A DNA stretch of 20,000 bases, from the IMG/VR virus record IMGVR_UViG_3300032245_000303; one strand, given 5' to 3'. The position numbers were made by a program, and so were the translations under genes. This document shows positions 15,774 to 20,000 of the stretch, piece by piece; within the stretch, counting starts at the first letter, position 1; each line of letters begins with the position of its first letter. The notes under the pieces are model-generated. The model was not told the origin of the DNA. It did no database searches and was given only the letters and a program-made list of their open reading frames with translations. The stretch comes from an uncultured virus (IMG/VR IMGVR_UViG_3300032245_000303) (taxonomy: Duplodnaviria > Heunggongvirae > Uroviricota > Caudoviricetes).

Positions 15774-16030
15774 GATATAAGTTTCCTATATAGTTAATGT
15801 CTGCATTGCGTTATTGCCTTGCCGACAGTTCCTATTATACGGGTTCTTGCCATGCCATGCTGAAAAGCCTGTTAGTCCTGTGACTAACATTGACCCCTAT
15901 ACCCCATTTTGTAGATTTGGTTCCATACCAACCTATAGGTCTACTATTACGCACACTACTAATCCAATATTTACAAATCACCCCCCGTCATCATTTTTAA
16001 GTACCTAGCCTAAAAAATTTTTTATATAAA

Positions 16031-16043
16031 AATCAAGCACTTA
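16031..16043 (+). promoter_or_regulatory. IHF consensus site
   Basis: AATCAAGCACTTA matches WATCAANNNNTTR, with an A/T tract upstream (about 16011-16030). Confidence 0.55.
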
Positions 16044-16157
16044 AGTTCACATAAAATTCGGCCGTGTAATTCATGGTTTTACGTAGGACATACTATATAT
16101 AGGGGTGCACAATGCAGTTATACACACGGTGTGTATAAAATTTTAAGGAGTATTACG

Positions 16158-16235
16158 ATGGCAACTTGGACTAAACCAGCAGCTACAGAAATGCGTTTTG
16201 GCTTTGAAGTGACTATGTACGTAATGAACAAATAA
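16158..16235 (+). CDS. pqqA: Pyrroloquinoline quinone precursor peptide PqqA (25 aa)
   Basis: Too short for the ORF track. MATWTKPAATEMRFGFEVTMYVMNK has the PqqA signature W-x-K-P...R-x-G-F-E-V-T-x-Y (ExxxY). AAGGAG SD at 16145-16150; terminator downstream. Confidence 0.95.
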   Translation: MATWTKPAATEMRFGFEVTMYVMNK

Positions 16236-16293
16236 TGATTATTGTAACGGACTGCTACTAAGTCACAAATAAGTAATAATTGCGTTATATACT

Positions 16294-16317
16294 AAGGGGC
16301 CTCGTGCCCCTTTTTTA
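16294..16317 (+). terminator. Rho-independent terminator after pqqA
   Basis: AAGGGGC-CTCGT-GCCCC followed by TTTTTT. Confidence 0.85.
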
Positions 16318-16342
16318 TTGCTTTTTATGTATACTATATAGT

Positions 16343-16687
16343 ATGGCCCCCAAAATACTTACTAGACGAAATTTAAGAATACTATATGGTGCACTTATTA
16401 AAATGCCACCGTTTAATCAGTATCGTATGCCTGCATCCCACAAGATTCAATTTGCAGTAAAGAAGTTAGACGGAGCCCTAGGATACTTTTATACAGAGCC
16501 TTGCCGAATTGAACTCGATATATCGAATGATACGTGGCATAAAATGAGTGAGACGTTATTGCATGAGATGATTCACTTGTGTCGATACCACAACGGCAAG
16601 TGGGATTTTGATTCACATAACCACAACTTCATGGGTTTGGCTCAAAGAATATGTGACATATATATGTTTGATATAGACACGTTCTAA
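16343..16687 (+). CDS. SprT-like zinc metalloprotease domain protein
   Basis: ETLLHEMIHL (HExxH) with downstream H...F (DSHNHNF). Start trimmed to ATG 16343 because the track extension crosses the terminator. Confidence 0.75.
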   Translation: MAPKILTRRNLRILYGALIKMPPFNQYRMPASHKIQFAVKKLDGALGYFYTEPCRIELDISNDTWHKMSETLLHEMIHLCRYHNGKWDFDSHNHNFMGLAQRICDIYMFDIDTF

Positions 16688-16738
16688 CAAATTAATATAT
16701 AATGCGCAAACCCCATATCAATCTGGACATAAGATTTG

Positions 16739-17380
16739 ATGCAACTAAACATAGAACCCGACGTAGGTATTGAGTTACCTGAAAACAATATTCCACTAGC
16801 TGACTTTAAAGAGAAAGCGGATGCCGCATGCGCGACAGCTGAGTATCTCGAACTAAAGATAGAACCCACCGAAGAAGATAAAGAGAAAGCTGAAGAAGTT
16901 ATTCTCAAGCTTGCTGAAGACCCAGACAAGGGGAACCGGAAAGCCCTGACGCAATCTAAACATTTTTCAGCGCCCACATATATACAGACTAAACACATAT
17001 TAGATTCTTATGCGTTGAAGGTGGTTGAGAACGCCACACAGATAAGACTGTTAGTAACAAATAAACTCATCCTGGAGTCAGAGAATGAAGATGCGAAGAT
17101 TAGACTTCGTGCACTCGAGCTACTTGGTAAGATTACAGACGTGGGACTTTTCACAGAAAAATCAGAAGTCACAGTGAATAACCGTTCATCACAAGAGTTA
17201 GTCAATACACTCAAAGATAAAATTAGAAAACTTATGTACCCACAAGAAAATGTTCAGGACGCTGAGACTGTGGAGTCAGTTGAACTTGATGGTGAGACTG
17301 TAGATATAGATAAAGAATTAGGAATAGAACCTGCCGAATCTAACGAACAGTATGATGATGACACAGACAAACCAGCTTGA
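16739..17380 (+). CDS. Probable terminase small subunit
   Basis: Directly upstream of and overlapping terL; RLRALELLGKITDVGLFTEK motif; acidic tail. Confidence 0.6.
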   Translation: MQLNIEPDVGIELPENNIPLADFKEKADAACATAEYLELKIEPTEEDKEKAEEVILKLAEDPDKGNRKALTQSKHFSAPTYIQTKHILDSYALKVVENATQIRLLVTNKLILESENEDAKIRLRALELLGKITDVGLFTEKSEVTVNNRSSQELVNTLKDKIRKLMYPQENVQDAETVESVELDGETVDIDKELGIEPAESNEQYDDDTDKPA

Positions 17381-18905
17381 GTCTTTAGATGATGTGGAAT
17401 TAAATTTTCTCCTCAATAATTTAGATGAGTTTGATTTAACTGACCAGGAAGAAATAGACTTAGTATTAGTTGAGTTAGAAAGACGTCAGAGTGCTCAAGC
17501 GTGTCGTGAGGACTTGATTGAGTTTTGTAAAAAGATGCAGTCTGATTATAAAGTGGGTAAGCACCACAGACGACTTGCAGACTTGCTAATGAATATTGCA
17601 GAAGGTACTGAGACAAGAATATGTGTGAACATGCCACCTCGTCATGGTAAATCTCAACTTGTATCTATATATTTTCCAGCATGGTTCTTAGGAAAGTATC
17701 CAGATAAAAAAGTTTTGATGGTATCACATACGACTGACTTAGCGGTTGACTTTGGTAGAAAGGTAAGGAACTTAATTGATAATCCTGCATATAAACAAAT
17801 ATTTCCTACAGTTACTTTGGCTGCAGATAATAAATCTGCTGGTCGGTGGAATACGAATGTTGGCGGTGAGTATTTTGCTTGTGGTGTGGGTTCCGCTCTT
17901 GCTGGTCGTGGCGCTGATTTACTCCTTGTTGATGACCCTCACAACGAGCAGGATATTATTAGCGGGAACTTCGAGATATTCGAGAAGGCATATGAATGGT
18001 TTACATATGGTGCGAGAACACGACTTATGCCAAAAGGACGTGTCGCGATTGTACAAACTCGATGGCACCAAGATGACTTAACTGGACGTGTTGTCCGTGA
18101 CATGCTCAATAATGAGGAAGCAGACCAGTATGAAGTGGTTGAGTTCCCTGCAATATTTAATGAAGGCGCTAAGGATGAGAAAGCACTTTGGCCAGAACAA
18201 TATACCTTACAAGCATTACGTCAAACAAAAGCGTCCATGCCCGTGTTCCAGTGGAACGCACAGTATCAACAGAATCCTACGGCAGAAGAAGCATCTGTTA
18301 TAAAAAGGGAATGGTGGAATATATGGAAAGAAGAAAGACCACCACAATGTGAATATATTATTATGAGTCTTGATGCCGCAGCCGAAACTAACAATCGAGC
18401 TGACTTTACTGCCCTCACTACATGGGGAGTATTTATGAATGAGGAAAAAGAAGCGTATAATATAATACTATTAAATAGTATTAAGAAACGGTTAGAATTT
18501 CCAGACCTAAAAGATTTAGCTTTAAATGAGTATAAAGAATGGGAACCTGATAGTTTTATTGTAGAAAAGAAGTCAGCAGGTACAGCTTTATATCAAGAAT
18601 TAAGAAGAATGGGTATGCCGGTGCAAGAATATACCCCACATCGTGGAAGTGGTGATAAACTAGCAAGATTAAATAGTGTAGCCGATATTGTAAAGTCTGG
18701 ACTATGTTGGATACCAGAAGCAAGGTGGGGCGAAGAAGTTATAGAAGAAATTGCAGGATTTCCATTTATGAGTCATGATGACTTGGTGGACTCAACCACA
18801 ATGGCACTCATGCGATTCAGACAAGGTGGGTTTATTAGGTTACCTTCAGACGAACCTGATGAATTAAAAATGTTTAAGTCAAGAAGAACTAAAGGTTATT
18901 ACTAA
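17352..18905 (+). CDS. terL: Terminase large subunit
   Basis: Walker A MPPRHGKS, GRGADLLLVDD Walker B, QTRWH coupling motif, RNase H-like nuclease SLDAA...DFTA...HDDLVDS. Confidence 0.95.
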   Translation: MMMTQTNQLESLDDVELNFLLNNLDEFDLTDQEEIDLVLVELERRQSAQACREDLIEFCKKMQSDYKVGKHHRRLADLLMNIAEGTETRICVNMPPRHGKSQLVSIYFPAWFLGKYPDKKVLMVSHTTDLAVDFGRKVRNLIDNPAYKQIFPTVTLAADNKSAGRWNTNVGGEYFACGVGSALAGRGADLLLVDDPHNEQDIISGNFEIFEKAYEWFTYGARTRLMPKGRVAIVQTRWHQDDLTGRVVRDMLNNEEADQYEVVEFPAIFNEGAKDEKALWPEQYTLQALRQTKASMPVFQWNAQYQQNPTAEEASVIKREWWNIWKEERPPQCEYIIMSLDAAAETNNRADFTALTTWGVFMNEEKEAYNIILLNSIKKRLEFPDLKDLALNEYKEWEPDSFIVEKKSAGTALYQELRRMGMPVQEYTPHRGSGDKLARLNSVADIVKSGLCWIPEARWGEEVIEEIAGFPFMSHDDLVDSTTMALMRFRQGGFIRLPSDEPDELKMFKSRRTKGYY

Positions 18906-18914
18906 GGAAAAACT

Positions 18915-20000
18915 ATGGCAACTAATATAGATAAAGGTTTATACGCAGCACCTCAAGGAATTGAAGAGGCAGCTCAACAAGAGGCTCCAATTGAAATACA
19001 AATTGAAGACCCTGAGTCTGTCAAAATTGGAATGGATGGCTTAGAAGTTATCCTTGACAATTCAGTAGAAAAAGGTGAAGACGAATTCAACGAAAATCTT
19101 GCAGAACTTTTATCTGATGGTGAGTTAGCTGAATTATCGGGTGATTTAATTGGTGATTTTGATGGCGATGTATCATCAAGAAAAGACTGGATACAAACTT
19201 ATGTAGACGGTTTAGAGTTATTAGGTTTAAAAATTGAAGAAAGAGCTGAGCCATGGGAAGGCGCATGTGGTGTATATCACCCGTTATTAGCTGAAGCTTT
19301 AGTTAAGTTCCAATCAGAAACTATGATGTCCATTTTCCCAGCAAAAGGACCCGTCAAAACTATCATTGTTGGTAAAGAAACACCTGAAAAGAAAAAATCT
19401 GCTGAGCGTGTTGAAGATGATATGAACTATCAGCTCACAGAAGAGATGCCAGAATACCGTCCTGAGACCGAAAGAATGCTTTGGGGTCTAGGATTAGCAG
19501 GAAATGCGTTCAAAAAAGTCTATTATGACCCACAATTACAGCGTCAAGTGGCTATGTATGTACCTGCAGAGGACATTGTTGTCCCTTATGGCGCATCAGA
19601 TTTAGCATCTTCCCCGCGTGTATCGCATGTTATGCGTAAAACAGAGAATGAATTACGTGTTTTACAGGTAAATGGCTTCTATAGAGACGTAGATTTAGGT
19701 GAGCCGGTTGCTTCTTTAGATGAAGTTGAGAAGAAAATTGCAGAAAAACTAGGTTTCCGTGCATCTTCTGACGATAGATACAAAGTTTTGGAGATGCATG
19801 TTGATTTAGACCTTCCAGGCTTTGAAGATATCGATGAAAATGGCGAAGAAACAGGAATTGCACTACCTTATGTAGTGACTATTGAAAAAGGTACTGGCAC
19901 TATCTTAGCTATACGTAGAAATTGGCAGCCAGACGACAAATTAAAGACTAAACGCCAGCATTTTGTGCATTATGGCTACATTCCTGGCTTTGGATTCTAT
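18915..20000 (+). CDS. Portal protein (partial; runs off the window)
   Basis: Not in the track because it has no stop in the window. MATNIDKGLYAAPQG...SRKDWIQTYVDGLELLG...EPWEGACGVYHPLLAEALVKFQ...FPAKGPVKT...GNAFKKVYYD; AAGGA SD; follows terL. Confidence 0.85.
   Translation, partial: MATNIDKGLYAAPQGIEEAAQQEAPIEIQIEDPESVKIGMDGLEVILDNSVEKGEDEFNENLAELLSDGELAELSGDLIGDFDGDVSSRKDWIQTYVDGLELLGLKIEERAEPWEGACGVYHPLLAEALVKFQSETMMSIFPAKGPVKTIIVGKETPEKKKSAERVEDDMNYQLTEEMPEYRPETERMLWGLGLAGNAFKKVYYDPQLQRQVAMYVPAEDIVVPYGASDLASSPRVSHVMRKTENELRVLQVNGFYRDVDLGEPVASLDEVEKKIAEKLGFRASSDDRYKVLEMHVDLDLPGFEDIDENGEETGIALPYVVTIEKGTGTILAIRRNWQPDDKLKTKRQHFVHYGYIPGFGFY

Larger units (their letters stand above)
5739..15888. 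repeat. Dispersed 18-bp palindrome GTTAGTC-N4-GACTAAC (13 perfect copies + 1 with a single mismatch)
   Basis: Starts at 5739, 6556 (GGTAGTC, 1 mismatch), 8374, 9601, 10756, 11628, 12771, 13375, 13774, 13922, 14424, 14921, 15208, 15871. Confidence 0.95.

Noticed and set aside
5739..15888. Palindromic repeats as a CRISPR array
   Set aside because: Copies are 150-1800 bp apart with whole genes between them; there are no 25-45 nt spacers and no cas operon.
5739..15888. Palindromes as integron attC sites (GTT...AAC ends)
   Set aside because: attC sites run RYYYAAC...GTTRRRY over at least about 55 bp. Here the order is reversed, the element is 18 bp, GTTAGTC deviates from GTTRRRY, and no integrase is visible.
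16280..16342. TTG-start N-terminal extension of the SprT-like ORF
   Set aside because: It runs through the pqqA terminator hairpin; ATG 16343 is more plausible.
17197..17214. GTTAGTC inside terS as another palindrome copy
   Set aside because: Half-site only; the right arm (CACTCAA) does not match.
441..19863. Shadow ORFs in the track (e.g. 441..728, 3176..3373, 3611..3799, 4006..4218, 5554..5829, 9160..9363, 9789..9992, 10254..10499, 11336..11557, 13714..13917, 15814..16008, 16413..16616, 16684..16998, 17008..17214, 17413..17637, 17776..18081, 18088..18303, 19630..19863)
   Set aside because: They are antisense or out-of-frame overlaps of better-supported genes, or lie in regulatory DNA, and show no recognisable motifs.

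Overview
A low-GC tailed-phage (Caudoviricetes) genome segment with two divergent arms. Positions 1-15773 are an almost entirely minus-strand early/replication arm. It encodes many small hypothetical proteins, a DUF3150-like / MoxR-type AAA ATPase / HExxH+vWA trio, a VRR-NUC nuclease, a GT-A glycosyltransferase, a family A DNA polymerase, a DUF6378-like protein, a PD-(D/E)XK nuclease, an HNH-like protein and the start of a probable SNF2-type helicase. Positions 16158-20000 are the plus-strand packaging arm: SprT-like protease, small and large terminase, and portal. The most notable features are missing from the ORF track. (1) A 25-aa PqqA (PQQ precursor peptide, ExxxY = EVTMY) has its own RBS, 5' hairpin and terminator, and a coupled 8-codon ORF; it suggests a methylotroph host. 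(2) An 18-bp palindrome, GTTAGTC-N4-GACTAAC, occurs in 13 perfect copies and 1 near-perfect copy, all within 5.7-15.9 kb, both between genes and inside coding sequence. (3) An origin-like region has an AT tract, GGTTCAA iterons in both orientations and an IHF consensus site. (4) A reverse-oriented cell-wall hydrolase gene is flanked by 35-bp direct repeats. (5) A possibly pseudoknotted RNA lies upstream of the helicase. All protein calls come from motifs read by eye; no searches were run.
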